The position numbers were made by a program, and so were the translations under genes. Positions 50,371-64,000 of a stretch of 64,000 nt of DNA are shown one piece after another. The first letter of the stretch is position 1. The number at the start of each line of letters is the position of its first letter. The stretch lies in assembly GCF_964194155.1 (NCBI RefSeq), contig NC_135902.1, forward strand, positions 41,044,001 to 41,108,000. The letters are read 5' to 3'. The notes under the pieces were generated by a model. It was not told where the DNA came from, did not search any database, and saw nothing but the letters and a program-made list of their open reading frames with translations. Origin of the DNA: Cetorhinus maximus. Lineage: Eukaryota.

Positions 50371-51049
50371 TTCTTACAATTACTCCAATTACTTAGCCGT
50401 AGCATTCATGCCATGTAAAACTATATTGTAGTGTAAAGTCACCAGAAGTGGCACATTCAGAAGATGTTGCAAGAATGGTATGTTTCAAAATTGTCAGAAA
50501 GCCGTAGAGTGTTTACAAAATTGCATTTCTTTTTGTCCAGAAGTTTTTATGTATTTATATGCAGACTCTCCCTCCTCATACCTGTGCACTGCACTCTTTT
50601 TTTCCCTCTTTCTCTTTCCTTTTCCCTGTCTCTTGAGACATTCTTTGTCAAAATGCTTCAGTGTCACACAATGTCCATCAGGGTGGCTTTGGAACACCTA
50701 TTGTCCATTTGAACAAGAGTTTACACCGTGTACACATGTATCTTGCAACCTCATGCTTTTGGGAGAATTTGAGCTGGACAAAGGACAAGGACAGTTTTAA
50801 ATAGGGTTGCATTCCTTGACACAATCGCATGTTCTCGGAATGCAGCTTGTGAGCTCAACACTAAGAATGCTTCTCGTAAATGTAGTTGGAATAAGAATTG
50901 AATTGGATCCTCCCTTGCTGTTTTCCATAGCAATTCACAGGTCGTATAATGCACTCTGCTTAAAGCTTATCTTTGAATAGGCTTGAATTCTTCACTTGGA
51001 GAAAGAATCTCAAATCTGTGCCAGGTAATACATGCAAAAAAAAATACAT

Positions 51050-51260
51050 GCTGTAAATCAGAGACAAAGTACTTGAAAATACTGGAAACATTCAAATATT
51101 GGAAACATTCAGCAAGTCAGGCAGCATCTGTTGATGAAAGGGAATGATTTAACAGTTCAGGCGTGGACCCAAAGGATCCCACTCAACATGAACATGGCCG
51201 CTCTCTGTACCGATAATCTGCTCAACCTGCAGAATGCTTCCTGGTATCATCGTCTCTTGT
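51050..51260. mobile_element. Old palindromic Penelope-like fragment
   Basis: GGAAACATTCAGCAAGTCAGGCAGCATCTG with a decayed inverted partner (CTGCTCAACCTGCAGAATGCTTCC). Confidence 0.55.
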
Positions 51261-51994
51261 GAGTTCCAGGTAACGTGCTTCAGCAGACAATAACATTTCT
51301 GAACAATTTCATCTGTCTTTTTCATCTGAAGACAGTACCCTATGGGTGTTTGTAACAATAGTGAAAATTTTTCATTAAATCTTAATCAGCAGAAGTCACT
51401 GTCTTCGTGTAAACAACTTGACCTTCCGCACTTTCTGGAGATCCCCTTGGCTGCTTTGCTTTAAAGATTTGAAGACTTGAAATGTTTACATGATTTACCC
51501 CTTGAGTTGTGGAAGCAAATTCATGTATAATAGCAAGACTATAGCAAGCATCTTCTTAGAAATGCATTACCTGATCCTGTAAATGTTAGGCTTGAATTTC
51601 TGTATCTTTTTCGAAACTTATAATTCCGCCCCCTCTCCCTTTCCTGAACCTTTTGGGATTTTTTGGGGGTTTTTTCTTTTGATGCTTCTGTTGTATTAAA
51701 ACTCATGGCCAAAAAAACCTCCAGGGAAGTTTTCCAAAGTGCTCTCCTGGTAGATACCCGTAAGCAGCAATTCCAGGCCAGTGACTCTTGCTGGAACTCT
51801 GAGTTGTTTACTACCCCCTGGTATCTAGAGGGGTGGGGGGGGGGATGTCATGTTACCTGGTAGTTTGTGTCTTCTAGTTTGTCCTGCTATCTTGTTCAAT
51901 GGCTCAGTAAGGATCACGCAGACAAGCTTTGCTGACTGACGGATGTGTAGATTGGAGATTTGTGTTTCATTTCGTCAGAGGCTTGGAGTGAAAG

Positions 51995-52292
51995 GAAAAG
52001 ATCCCACTGCACCATTTCAAAGAGCAGGGGAGTTCTCCCCAGTATCCTGGTCAATAATTACCCCTGAATGCACCCCCCCACCCACCCCCAACCCCAACCC
52101 CCCGCACCCATCCCCATTCCCTCGACGCACAGGTTATCAGGACATTATCATTTTTCTGCTTGTTTATTCTTGCTGTGTGCAAATTGGCTGCCATGTTTCC
52201 CACATTACAGCAATGATTACACTTTAAAAATGCAGGATTGGCTCGAAAGTGCTTTGGGACCTCCTGAGATCGTGCTATAGAAATGAATCTTG
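51995..52292 (+). mobile_element. Deu-domain SINE with an internal C-rich expansion
   Basis: AAAAGATCCC...AGAGCAGGGGAGTTCTCCCC...TTGCTGTGTGCAAATTGGCTGCC...GCTTTGGGAC. Confidence 0.75.
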
Positions 52293-52961
52293 TTTTCTAT
52301 TCCGTTTGAAAGCTATTTGTTTATGTAGGTGATTTGCTGCCTTCTTCCGAGACGCTTTCTATCAGAAGCTATGAATTTAAATGGTAGATGTTTACAAGGT
52401 ATTTCTGAACCAAACTTGCTTGCTGCCCTCCATTTTTTTTTAATGCTCTCAATCCCATCAAAAAATTATTTTCCAGGAAATTTTGCAGTCTGCACAATGA
52501 CCAGTTTAAGCAGATATAATGAAGCTTATTGTTCTTCTAACTTGATCAGTTGATCCCTCTTCATTCATTTGATGGGGTGCAGCCAATATAGAAAGTCAGA
52601 TCTTGTAAGTGGTCCAATTGATGCAAACTAATGAAGCCGTATTTTCCTGCAGAAACAGTGCAACAGACTTTTCAAGTGCTCTTGTTAAGTATGTATCCCA
52701 TATAAGTGTGTAACAAATTGGTGAAAGTAATTGTGTATATTTCACACTCATTTGCCAAATGCTGTTGTGAAAACCTGTACTTGAGGCAGCCTGTGAATTG
52801 ATTTGACTGTTATTGGTGAACCCACAGGTGAACCATTTCAGGTTCTACAGTGGAGGATGTTTGGGGTCCCTTAATAATTGAAATTGGGCTCAAATAAAAT
52901 GTAAACTTGCACTTTTTCAAAATCAAAATCCTGGTTTTGGGGAACTACAGTAAAATTGTGC

Positions 52962-53160
52962 AAAAGCTAAATACTGCGGGTGCTGGAAATTTGAAATAGA
53001 AACAGAAATTGCTGGAAATACTCACCAGGTCAGGCAGCATCTGTGGAGAGCGACAGAGAATTAACATTTCAGGTCGATCTTTCATCAGATAGAAAATGTT
53101 AACTCTGTTTCTCTCCACAGATGCTGCTTAGCCTGCTGAGTATTTCTAGCGTTTCCTGCT
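52962..53160. mobile_element. Palindromic Penelope-like terminal-repeat pair
   Basis: 53011-53070 is the approximate reverse complement of 53092-53150. A minus-strand CTGATGA...GAAA core lies at the centre. Family assignment is from recall. Confidence 0.7.
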
Positions 53161-53171
53161 ACAATATCCAT

Positions 53172-53310
53172 AAGATTCCTAATAGCACTGTGGGTGTTAC
53201 AACAAAAGGACCGCGTCAAAGGTGGCTCACCATCATCTCCTCTAAGGCAATTAAGGATGGGCAATAAATGCTGGCCTAGCCAGCGATACCCACATTCCCA
53301 AGAACGAATT
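53172..53310 (+). mobile_element. CR1/L2-group LINE 3' tail
   Basis: CCTAATAGCACTGTGGGTGT...GGCTCACCATCATCTC...GGATGGGCAATAAATGCTGGCCTAGCCAGCG. Confidence 0.8.
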
Positions 53311-54683
53311 TAAAAAAAAAAGCTTCACAGTTTAACATATCATGGATGTTGAACTTGCCATGTAACATTTCTTTAACAGCTTTATTTTTGTGTGTGTGTG
53401 TGTATCTGTATTTTACATTTATATGCAAAATAAAATGGGACTGACATACAACCCATACATTCCTGCCCTGGCCTTCCCACCAGCCAAATGTTTAACTTAA
53501 TATTTACTTTCTGTGCCTTATCAACTTCTTATCAACTTAAAAAGTGGGCGCGTCTGTTCATTCTACCTTCTTGCTTATGTGAGCGTTAAGAAATCACTTA
53601 ACTTGTTTCAGGACTGTATACAGCATCATATATTTAGCACAAATCTCCAAGCAATTATGTACAATCCTATGCATGGAGGTCTGCCTCTTACTTTTTTTTC
53701 TTTTTTGTGAATTATTATCCATTTCTTAATTTCTGCAGCTAACGAAATGGTGTTTCAAAGCAGCATTTTTTTAATGTACGTGGGAAAGTTGAGAAAAATA
53801 TGCAATGGATATAATCCTGACTAAACTGTTTCTGGCCAGAAAAAAAAATCCAGAGTATGATGCAGCTTAATTGTTTTAAGAATGTTAGCCAGAGACCAAA
53901 TACTATTTATATCTGGCATACCCAAATAAACTGTGGACTGGGTGACAACCTGCTGGTGCTATGGTGCAGAGTGACTTCCTTTCATAACAAGAGTTTTGTT
54001 TATTTTTAGGGAGGCCTGTTTTGTTGATATTCTGTTGATGAGTGGTATCAAACCTCAGGGTGCATTATGTTTACCCATCCACCTGCTAACTTTGAAGGAT
54101 TTTGGCATCTCTTGTGATCAGTCTACGGTGCTCATTCACTAAGCAGGGTTGTAATTAAGTAATAATAAAGGATGTGTGTGAGTAGAGCAAACTGTAACTT
54201 GACAAGGGGCAGGTTGGAGATTAGACTTTGCTTGATTAAGCTGCCTCTTGAATTAAAACCTCCAAGTTCATTACTGCTAAATTATTTCATGAGACTATTT
54301 TATATGCACTCTCTCTCTCCTGAAGGAAGTGAGTCTCTCTCACTGTGTGTGGTTTGATTTCATTGGGGTGCAGATAGCCCTCAGATATTTTACAATCCTA
54401 GCCCCACAGAAAACCCTTTTGAATGCTGTTTTTTGGGTATCCCGCACTGCTGCTCAATGCCTGGTACCAATGGGCAGAGCACGTGCTCAATTTTAACCAT
54501 TTTAATGTGGCTCACACCTGTTGCTAGCCACCATTTTGAGCCCAGTTCAAAAATTTCATCAGGCAGGCCTCAACTGGGCAATGCACAGGTCCTTGACAAT
54601 TTTCAACAGTGGGTTGCCATAATTTTCAACATAAACTTGTTGGGTGGCAATTGAAAGTCCCACCTTAAAAGGTAAGGGATACT

Positions 54684-55200
54684 GGGCTGAATTTTCCAAT
54701 TGGAGATGGGCTGGGTGGTAGGAAGGTTGGCAAAATAGCAGGGGAGAGGTGTTAGGAGCGGACCCTGCCCCCATGCTATTTTGCCAGTGAGGGGAGCTGG
54801 CTGCATGGCTGCCCAGTAATTAAGCCACTTAAGTGGCTAATGAAGGAGCACTTCCCACCTCCACAGGCCTTTAACCTGCATCTGGAGGTAAAGCCTGGCA
54901 GCCTCCCAGTGAGTTTCGGGGTTAGGCCATCCTTGATGGGCACTCCATGGTCCACAGAGGGACCCCTACTGCCCCCCTTCCCCCATCCCCAGTAGCAGTT
55001 GTGCCATCAGTGCTCCAATATGCTCTGCCACCTGCCTCCCAACCCAGGATCTGCTGGGCCTGGCGGCCAGGCCCTTTACATGGACGGTGGCCCCAGCAAT
55101 GGTCTCTTCATTGGCTGCTGTCGGAAACAGCTGCCCCCAGGTCCTGCCTCTGACCAAAGTTAGGTGCTCTCCCACTTTCGGCCTCAGCAGCAGGACCTGA
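54684..55200. mobile_element. Old Harbinger-like non-autonomous element (right end unclear)
   Basis: Begins GGGCTGAATTTTCC, identical to the TIR at 1117, followed by a GC-rich decayed body. Confidence 0.5.
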
Positions 55201-58200
55201 CCATCATCAAGGGACACTCAGCCCACTATCTCCCTTCAGTCAATATTTGCACTCCTCTTCTCCTTCTCCATCCTCAATTCAATCTGACTCTTCTCTCTCA
55301 CCTTCTCCAATCCCAGTTCAAGTTGCCACTATTCTCCAGCCCTTACACTGAAGCAGACCTTCTTTCCAACACTCCCCCTCATCCCCCACCCCCCCCATCA
55401 GTTTAAGATGGCACTTTCTTTTTGTTTTCCACTCCACCAGTTCATGTTGACATTCTCCCTTCCCACTCCCTTTCAGTTTATTTTAACATGTTTCTTTCTC
55501 CACTATCTAAAATACCCCTCTGCTCACTTCTTCTGACCCTCCGACCCCATCAAATAACACTGCTTTCAGCTTCTGCTTTTCTCTCTCTCCCCCTGTTCTA
55601 CTCAGTCCACTGAGAATAGATTCGGGCCACTGCGCACGTTAGGCAGAAAGTCATCTACTTGTGAGCATTCCTGCCCACAGCATACAGCCACTGGAGTCAG
55701 GTTCCATTAGGAGCAGAACTTAATTATAAGCCAAGGTGAGGAAGGCATGGCCCATGCAGATTTTTGTGAGAGAAACTGACTTCTCAGTCTGTAATGCAGA
55801 CATTTGCCATCTACATGTCAGAGTTAATTCAAATGCCTCCACTGCTGCTGATCCTGAGATTGACTAACAGTGGGTTCAATCTTCCTGTAAGTGTTGGTGC
55901 ATTTCCCCATTGAATCATTATAGAATCTTTACTGAAGTGTCTTTGCTTCGTTTTCCAGATTTTGCTCTTTGAACGAGACTAATTTAGTGCAACCTAACAG
56001 CAAATGGCCACTCATTAATAATGTGTTCAGTATTTTGCTTTTGTATAAATGTTTTGTGTTCAAAACTTAACACTGTTCAATTTTGACTGGCATGAAGGCC
56101 AATTGGCTGTCAAGGAGCAAAGGCCTTCCAGATGTCTGGTCTAGATTTGAGAAAGGTCGGGAAGGAGAGTTTGAGGTGGTTGGATACGGCTGTTAATTCC
56201 CATTCCATCCCTCTCCAAAAATGAACAAATTAAATGTTGTGAGCAAGTGTTGAATGTCAGGCCCATGATTTGAAGGAGGTTTCTCTCCTCGTTGGCTTGT
56301 TTCATTTTGGAGAATTTAAAACAAAAAGTACTGGTGTCAAAAAGTTGGCTGCAATTTAAAATTTCATGAGAATTGTGGGCAGTTTTTGAAATAAACTAAA
56401 GTCGCAGAACTTGTGATACTGGCATCACTAATTAATGCAAATTGTACAGAACTATTGGCACTTGCATGACGTGTAGCTGGGGCTGCTGTGTCTGCAATTT
56501 AAAACCCACCTCATTCTACTTGGGTGTCTTAAAAGGGCTCAAAGAGATGAAACATTCATCCCCTTGGCCTTGGCTGGATACAAGCCCAGGTTCCAGAGGT
56601 GGAAGGACAATGTTCAAAGTCATTCTACAACCCGGTCTTTTTAATCAAAAGTACTTTATGCTGAGAAATGAGACATTTATCCCTGCATTCTCGGCAAACA
56701 AAGTTCAGGATTGCTTGGTTTGATACAATTACAAATCTTTAGTAAAATGAGAATTGCTGAACGCCACATATTTTAAAGCTTGTGTCAGATGCCATGCATG
56801 AGCCAATACTTTGAATCCAGATTATATCCACCAAAGGCTTTGAATGTAGTTGGTGAGAAAAACAGCAGACAAATTATTTGACGACTTTTCTTTTTAATAT
56901 TCCATTGACATGATATGTGAACCCTGGAGAGTGAAATAAACCACTAAATATCATGAAGTGTTAATTGTTTGGCTTTTTAAATTCTGTGCTAGGATTCCAG
57001 GCACTACTGCTTTCGCCTAGAGCCCCATTGATGGCACAGGGATGTTCTTTCGAGCTGCAGGATAACGTTTGCTGGTGGGAATTCCTGCCACATGTATCTG
57101 AAATCAGTTCATTCTTTCATTCAAAGAAGTTGAGCATTTATATTTTCAACCCAACTTTTAAAACCTGCAGTATACATCACAGAGACTTAACACACCTTTA
57201 AACCTTATTTACTCCAGGTTCTCTTGAATATACTCATCTATGCCAAACCCTTGTGGTAACTCATGTTGGGTCACCTACTAACGAAATGTGTTGGTAGAGT
57301 ACAGACCCTAGACATTCTCGTTCAGCCAATCATTTGGGACAGGTTAGTCTCATTTGCATAAACATATTTGAATATAACAGAAGTGAACGTTCTTGGCTCT
57401 TTCAGCGATAGCCCAGTAGACAAATGTGCTGAAAAGGTCTCTGAGGCAATCCCTGATCTGTGCTGAGTTGGTTGATCAAAACTGGGCAACATGGATTGCT
57501 TCAGTTGATCTGAACGCTGTTAGTTAGGAAATGGAAAATATTCAGCCCGGGGTCCCGAGTGACCATGGTTGAAAGTTCATGGAACTGATAAGCAAAGGAG
57601 AGAGCTCAACACTCATGCAAAACAATAGGATAGACTGCCAAAGTTATTCATGGCCACTTGGTTGCAGGACTAGAAGAAAACCTGCATTGTATAACAGAAT
57701 GCTGGCATGAAATACTACTCACTACTGAATGAAAAGGAGCAAAATAAAAGGGTTGGGGGGAGATATTAGGAGCTGCAAACAAAATTGAGACTGCACCAAA
57801 TGAAAACTAAATTGAAAGATTTCATTGGAAATGTTGTGATTGATTAAAGTAATCCAGTTAACAGGTCAGATCCTCTCTTTAAGTTATACAGATTTTCCTT
57901 GTTGCACCTGAGTGCACCCATGACCATCTCTGCCATGTGATAATGCTGGAATGGCATGGACATTAAAATGTTGTGTGCTGCCGTCTGTTTCTATTCTCCA
58001 CACTACAAAGACAAATGTCCTCTTCCTTGGACTAAATGAAGACACCAAAGGTAATTTAAAAATAATTATGGATTTTGAGTTGGCATTATATTTAATCACC
58101 TTCTGCGACTGGTGGGCACCTCAGGACATTCATTGCACGATTGGTAGATGTAACAACATGCCAGTTTTAGTACAAAATGCTCTCTTAGTTTGATCAGACA

Positions 58201-61076
58201 TGGTTAGATTATTTTCTTGCATTAATTCCTTGTCTGGTGATATTGGGATACCTGTTGGCATCTTTTACAGGGTAGTTAAAAAGGGCATCCTTGGACCTAT
58301 CCAGGTTGCTATTCAGCAAATATTGCTTATTGCTCCTGACTGAATAATTAACGTTGTCTAATATCGAACATTTGCACAGATTAAAAAAAAAATGGCTTCC
58401 AGCATTTTTAAAAACACATTAATCCCCCCACCCAATAAGAAATGTGTGGATGTTATGAAATTGGCATTATTTGAATAAGATAATTGTTCAGAACTGCCTG
58501 TGCCCTGTTTGCCTGTGTGGTGGATAGCAGCTGTTGCGGGTTTACGTATCCATTTGCATTCCTGTTGACTTACATTGGAAAAATACAAAACAGGTGTGCT
58601 TTTTGAGGAGCAGCAGCTAAGTGGTTATATTAAATATGAACTCGTAACGACCTGTAGGTACGGATTAACTACAGCTGCGTGAGGCTCCGTGCAGAAGCAA
58701 TGAGCTGCCCAAGATCTTGTAGCTTCTGAAAGATGCTCAATATTTCTTTCCTCTATCACAACTTAAGCACAAATGGAATCAAAATCTTCGGTTTACCAGT
58801 GCTGTCTTAGGCACCAGACAGAAAGCTTCCCCTCTCCTGTTTGCTTCACATTACGGACCTGTCTGTAAGTTTTTTAAAAAAAGAAGAAATCTGGCCCATT
58901 TGAGCTTATTTTCGCTCTGGTGGATTTGTCTCCAAGGCCATCACTCTCTGGCTTTTGTCCTCAAAGTCCCTCATCCCTCAGAACCACAAGCTGTCAATTA
59001 TCACAAATCCACCCATTATCTGTTTAATATCCCTCTACACTTTTCTCGCCAATAGATCAGTCCTGTTCTCAACCTCTGATTCCTCTTGTGCGACAAAATC
59101 CCATTGAATTAGTGCCCTCCTAATTTTGAAAGTTTATCTTCAGTTCAAATAGTCAACCAGTTTCTGCTTTATACACTCTGTCAAGTGTTCCTGCACTTCT
59201 TTCCTGAAGACAGTGACTTGTCATGCAAATTTCTGTGTTACTGTGCGTAGTGGTCGGTCACCATGTATTGGGTTCAGATAATCAGCAGGGACTGCTCGGA
59301 GGCATTCCAGAGAGGGAAGCAGGATTGACTTTCTCTCCTCCTCTGACCTCAGTTATGCCAACGAATCTGGAGATGTCCAGCCAATTGCAGTGTTTTCCCA
59401 ATATCAGTCCCTTTGTCATTGCTTCCTTTCTCATTTACCGGTAGCGTAGGAATCAATCCATACGTACCAACCAAGTAAATCTGAACAAGCCAACCCACTG
59501 CCCCAGAAAAGCGAATAACTAACGAATGGCCCTAGTTGTGAGGTGAAAATTAATAAGTACACTGAAAGTGCAGTAGGACGTGGGATTGTTGTAACTTCAA
59601 CTTCTTTCGTTTGGACAAAAAACACACAAACCCTGTGAAAGCCTGAAGAGGTAGAAGTGTTGAAGACACTTGGCTTATTTCCTAGGAGGGTATAGGGCTT
59701 TCCCACCCCTGGCAGATAATGTCTTGTCCTTCCTGGCATGTGATCCTTTTCTCATACTTCCAGTGTAGACGTGTTATGAATAAATAATCATGAACCAATA
59801 TTTCCAAAAATAAAAATTGAAAATAGTGTTCACAATTTAGTCGAGCTGCTAAATACTTTTTTTTTCTGAGAGGGGAGATTCTTCACAAAATGCCCTGTGA
59901 GTGCTTTCCATCCTGACCTTGTTTATTAGCTCTGGCCAAGTTGCTGAATAATTTTTAATTGGTTTTTAACGTTAATCTTTTTGTGTCTCAGCTGGGATGC
60001 CATCTTACACGCCTTGCTGCTTGGGTTGGGTTTGTTTTTCTTTTGCTTTTCACAAATCTTGAGCGAACCCCTTGGCACCATATTTAAACGTGTATGAAAA
60101 ATGATTACAAGATGCAATCAAAATCTTGTTCCCTTCCTCCGTCTAGTTCTCTACCTCTTGGGATGCTGGCTTGTCTCACACACATGGGAAACATGTACCT
60201 GTGGAAGAGCTGAGCTATGTTAGTTTGTGGGAAGACCTTGGCTTGGGAAGTTAGAATTCTCTCCGACCTGAAGCCACAGGTGTGGCCAACTGGAATCGGG
60301 CTTCTCCCAGATGCGTTATTGTCCCTTCTCGTACTGAACCATCTGACCAGCACCTTTTTGTATAGCACCCAGTTTGTCTTATTAATCAATGCCTTGCACT
60401 TGTGGGCACATTTCCAAAGACTGGTCAACAGCTGCTTTCTCCTGTTGACTGTTCATAGTCAAGTGTGCCAATTTCTTAGCCACCTAGTTAATACATTTCC
60501 ATTGTACGTTTTGCCATCAATTTTCACTTGTGGTTTCATTGTTTGCAGTGCTGGATGGTATTCATGTGCAAGCTATTTCTGTGGAAAGGCACACTATTAC
60601 TGGAGGAGTGAGCTTGCGAATAAACTATTGTGTTTTTTTTAAACAATTTCCCTTGTACAAATTCTGTAATTACATCACTCATTGCTCTAATTAAATATTA
60701 AGCAACTCCGATATTTGTTTGGTTTCTCCAACCTTGTTCAGGAGTGAAAAACATTCACAGGAACTGGGTGGCACTGTGAGTTGGCAGGGATGAGTGTTTT
60801 GAATCTAGCCCAGACAAACCGGCCAAAAGTTTTCTTCCTTTGCTGACTGCACGGTTCCTTTTTGTATTGTGAATTTCTACTGGGTGTGGCCTGCACCACA
60901 AAACTGCCCATAGAACAGCTCAGGTTGCCATTATTTTCGCCCCCTTACCAAGAATGTCCTGCCTACTTCCCTTCCCAACCCCCACCCCAAGGAGACCAGG
61001 ATATTGCAATCAAGGATGTTTTTTATGAGGTTGGGTTAAGGCACATCTTTGAGGTATCTAACCAGGAATTTTCAAC

Positions 61077-61092
61077 ACTGCCACTTGGTGGG
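61077..61092 (-). promoter_or_regulatory. CTCF-like motif
   Basis: Minus strand reads CCCACCAAGTGGCAGT, one mismatch from CCACCAGGTGGCAG. Confidence 0.25.
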
Positions 61093-62445
61093 AGCAGTGT
61101 GGATGTTCCCTGCATTGATGATTCCAAAAAATATTGTTAGCAATTAAGGGCGAGGTTGTGGGGATATATTTATTTGCAATGCACTTAAGTGGGCTTTGTT
61201 TAACATAAAGGTGATAACAGCAATAACAAATGCAACAAAGTCAGTTTTTAAGATAGCTAAGTCTTGTTGATTGCAATACTTTGCATTCCAGTGCAATTTT
61301 AGTTTGGGAGGATTGGGTTAGATGCTGGGGGTGGTGGGTGGACTGGTGGAATATCTCTCTCATTTGGAGCGCTGAAAGATTCTAGGGTAAATTAATTAAA
61401 ATCCTGTTCTCGCCTCCCATCTCAGAGCTACATTCAAAGGAGCAAATGTTGGAGATAGGGCTATTCAGCTAACAGAGCCAGCACTTTGGCGTTTGCTTCC
61501 TTTGGGCATAGCTTTGCACTGGGAGTGGGGGATTGGTGAATTTACCCTCGTAGGTATGAAGCTAAATCTGGAAATAACTAACCTGTGTGCTGCTCTCACA
61601 ATCTTTTGTTTGTTTACAAGTGCTTGTGAGGTTAATTAGTTTAATAATTAATAATGTTTATAAGATTAATAATGTTTTTTTAAAACGTGGAGTAATTATA
61701 AAAACTGTTCCTGAAGTGCAAATAAAAAGTAAGAATGACCTGTTCTTAACCCCTTCCCCAGCACATTTTGTTAGCTGAGAAGCTCTTCAGATGGAACGGT
61801 GTTCAGACTTGTTCCAATTGAGACTGGAGGTTGCACTTTTTCTTTGTTGCTTGAGAGATGTTAAATGAAGGCAAGGTGTTTCCCACAGGGGGGGAGGGGA
61901 CAATCAGACAGGGAGTCAAATAACAGGGTGGAATTGGCAGGGATCTTCAGCGGAGTGGCTGCCAATACTTTCTATTAGCATGGGTGTGTGGCGTGGGAAG
62001 GAAAATGAGTTGGATTTGCAGAGGAGAGGAAAGATAAAGAACATCAGTTAACTCTGGGTTTGCTTTGCTTATTGATTGTGGACAATTGATTATTCGGCTA
62101 CTTTTGATACCAAAGCTACATCTACTAGAGACCTCAACCCTAAAAAAAACCTTAATAAATGGCTAAAATATAAAGAATTATTTTGCTCTCCCAATGATTT
62201 TGGGTGATAAAAGTGCACTGCCAACAATGAAAGTTGGCCAGGGAGACCAGGAAAGGCTCATGTCAATGCTGAGTAATTTGATTTCAGCTGGGGACATTTC
62301 AGTTGGCCTCAATACCCTGGACTAGAGTGTGAAAAATCCAGCCAAGGTATCTTCTCCTGAATGCTAGTGCCAGAAAGTGCCTTGTGTGTCCATGATCAGC
62401 AGAGCTGGGTGGCTCCCTATGGTAGAATAGGCGCCATTACTTAAT

Positions 62446-63224
62446 GGGTTGGATTTTCCACAGGCTTTGGGACAGCGATGTCTGGACCAAGTGGAGAAAC
62501 TGAGCTCACACTTGCCGGCAGTGAGACCAGCTCAGCACTCTCACAGGAGACAGCCTCCGAATTGGCTACCTGTGCACTTGCCGTTTTGGTAAGGATGGTG
62601 GGTGGGCTCTCGACGCTGCAGGCCCAGTCAGCGGGCTGGCAGCTCGGCAGCCTAGGTAGCCCCGCCGGGAGAGGCGGGCGCTGCTGAGGCAGGCCAGAGA
62701 CTGCGAGGGCCCCTCAACATGGAGACACCCTCGGACGTGGATCCAAATCCAAACAATTTGAGGGCCAAAGCCATTAGGCCTGTCGGCGTGGCGGGGAAAC
62801 CCCTCTTGAGAAATTGTTTGGGCTGCAGGGGCAACCTTTCATGCCCCGCGGTCCCTTCCTTAGGGGATAGAGTCTCTGACTCTAATGCCCATTACCCCCC
62901 ACAGCCTCCCAATCTGCTGCAGGGAGGTCACATCCTTTGAGCTGGAGCTTGGGTTGGGGGGGCAGGGGGTGCCTCTGCATGCAGCATGGGATCACTCCTC
63001 TGGCTGCAAAACGCTGGTGAGGCTGCCAAATCGCAGCTAGTTGGGCCTCTTGATTAGCTGCCTGCCTCTGTGGTGCTGGCAGCCGATCCAGCTTACTCTC
63101 GGCAAATTCCCTGGCAGGTGGAATGCATCAGAAAGCCGACCCGATCGTGAGCCCTGTTTTTTTTGTCCCTCTCCCTCCCCCCTGCTGTCAAGCCTGCCAC
63201 CCTGAGGTTGGGAAAGTTCAATTC
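62446..63224. mobile_element. Old Harbinger-type MITE
   Basis: TIRs GGGTTGGATTTTCC / GGAAAGTTCAATTC (10 of 14 complementary), flanked by AAT on both sides. Confidence 0.6.
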
Positions 63225-64000
63225 AATGCATCTAGGCTTATGTGTGGAACTTGGCCATTTTGGGTACAATAGAGGGTAAAGTGTGCCTGTGTCCCATCCT
63301 ACATTCAGGAAATGAAAGGAAGTAGTAAGAAAGGCCATGGAAAGTTTAAAGGAGAATAGATTTAAAATGTATTTTAGGCACTAAATGTTAATGGATTCAG
63401 AGTTTAAAAAGCCACTTTTTAAAAAGTATTTGTATAATCTGATCTGAAATATGTTTGATTGTATACCAGGATACTATGGATTAATTAGCAGGTCAATTTG
63501 GTTGGCAGTCCTCTTGATTATGGATTGGAGAGCCAACAACCGTTTCTGGTGAACTGGACCTGTTTGGTTTGTAACTCCGCCATATCGCTTTCCAGCAATG
63601 CTCTCGGACTACGGGAGAGAAATTGGCAGGAGAACGAGGGAGGATACAGTACGGCTTGATCCCTATTGAAGTATTACAGACAATATGGACAATGTTTTCG
63701 TGGCGTTATGACCAAATGCTGGATGTTTCGCTGCTTTATTTTTGCTGTTTCTTGACCTGCTGAATGTTGAGGCTTTTTTTTTTGTGTGTGTTTCTCCTGC
63801 GTTGACAATTAAGCCCAGAGTGATTGGTGAGAGGCCTTCAGCTTCTATATAGCTGCCAACTTCAAAACATTTAAAGTGCAAATGTCAGACTGGCAGTGAG
63901 GATGCCAATGTGCTGATATTGTTGAAGTGGGATTCCTTGTCACCTAAAACCATGCAGGATCGGCCTAAGTAAAATACTGTAGATAACTGGGAATCTGAAA

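Noticed and set aside
58198-58209. ACATGGTTAGAT, a partial complement of miR-218; a similar partial miR-204-like match lies near 59408
   Set aside because: Only about 12 nt match, with no full mature sequence or precursor hairpin.
51076-61680. Short tandem duplications of 11-18 bp near 51076, 51530, 53517 and 61648
   Set aside because: These look like ordinary slippage duplications with no shared sequence.

Overview
A 64-kb stretch of vertebrate non-coding DNA. The repeat families (Deu-domain SINEs, CR1/L2 tails, Penelope-like palindromes, GGGC-ended Harbinger-type MITEs) suggest a cartilaginous fish, most likely a shark; this is recognition from memory, not a database result. I found no intact protein-coding gene, tRNA/rRNA gene or CRISPR array. 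By eye the + strand looks T/G-skewed, which would fit a large + strand intron. The only recognisable protein similarity is to dead transposons: a frameshifted Harbinger (HARBI1-like) transposase at about 23.1-23.9 kb, CR1 reverse-transcriptase relics and an RTE-clade LINE 3' end at about 50 kb. The most notable structures are a four-copy MITE family built from a chain of internal palindromes, a 145-nt fold-back at 16.3 kb, a 1056-bp solo LTR with a 4-bp target duplication, decayed hammerhead-like cores in Penelope-type fragments, a micro-inversion inside a SINE, a 70-bp dispersed direct repeat and a speculative spliced minus-strand transcript. None of this amounts to a demonstrated new biological system. 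Boundaries of old repeats are approximate.
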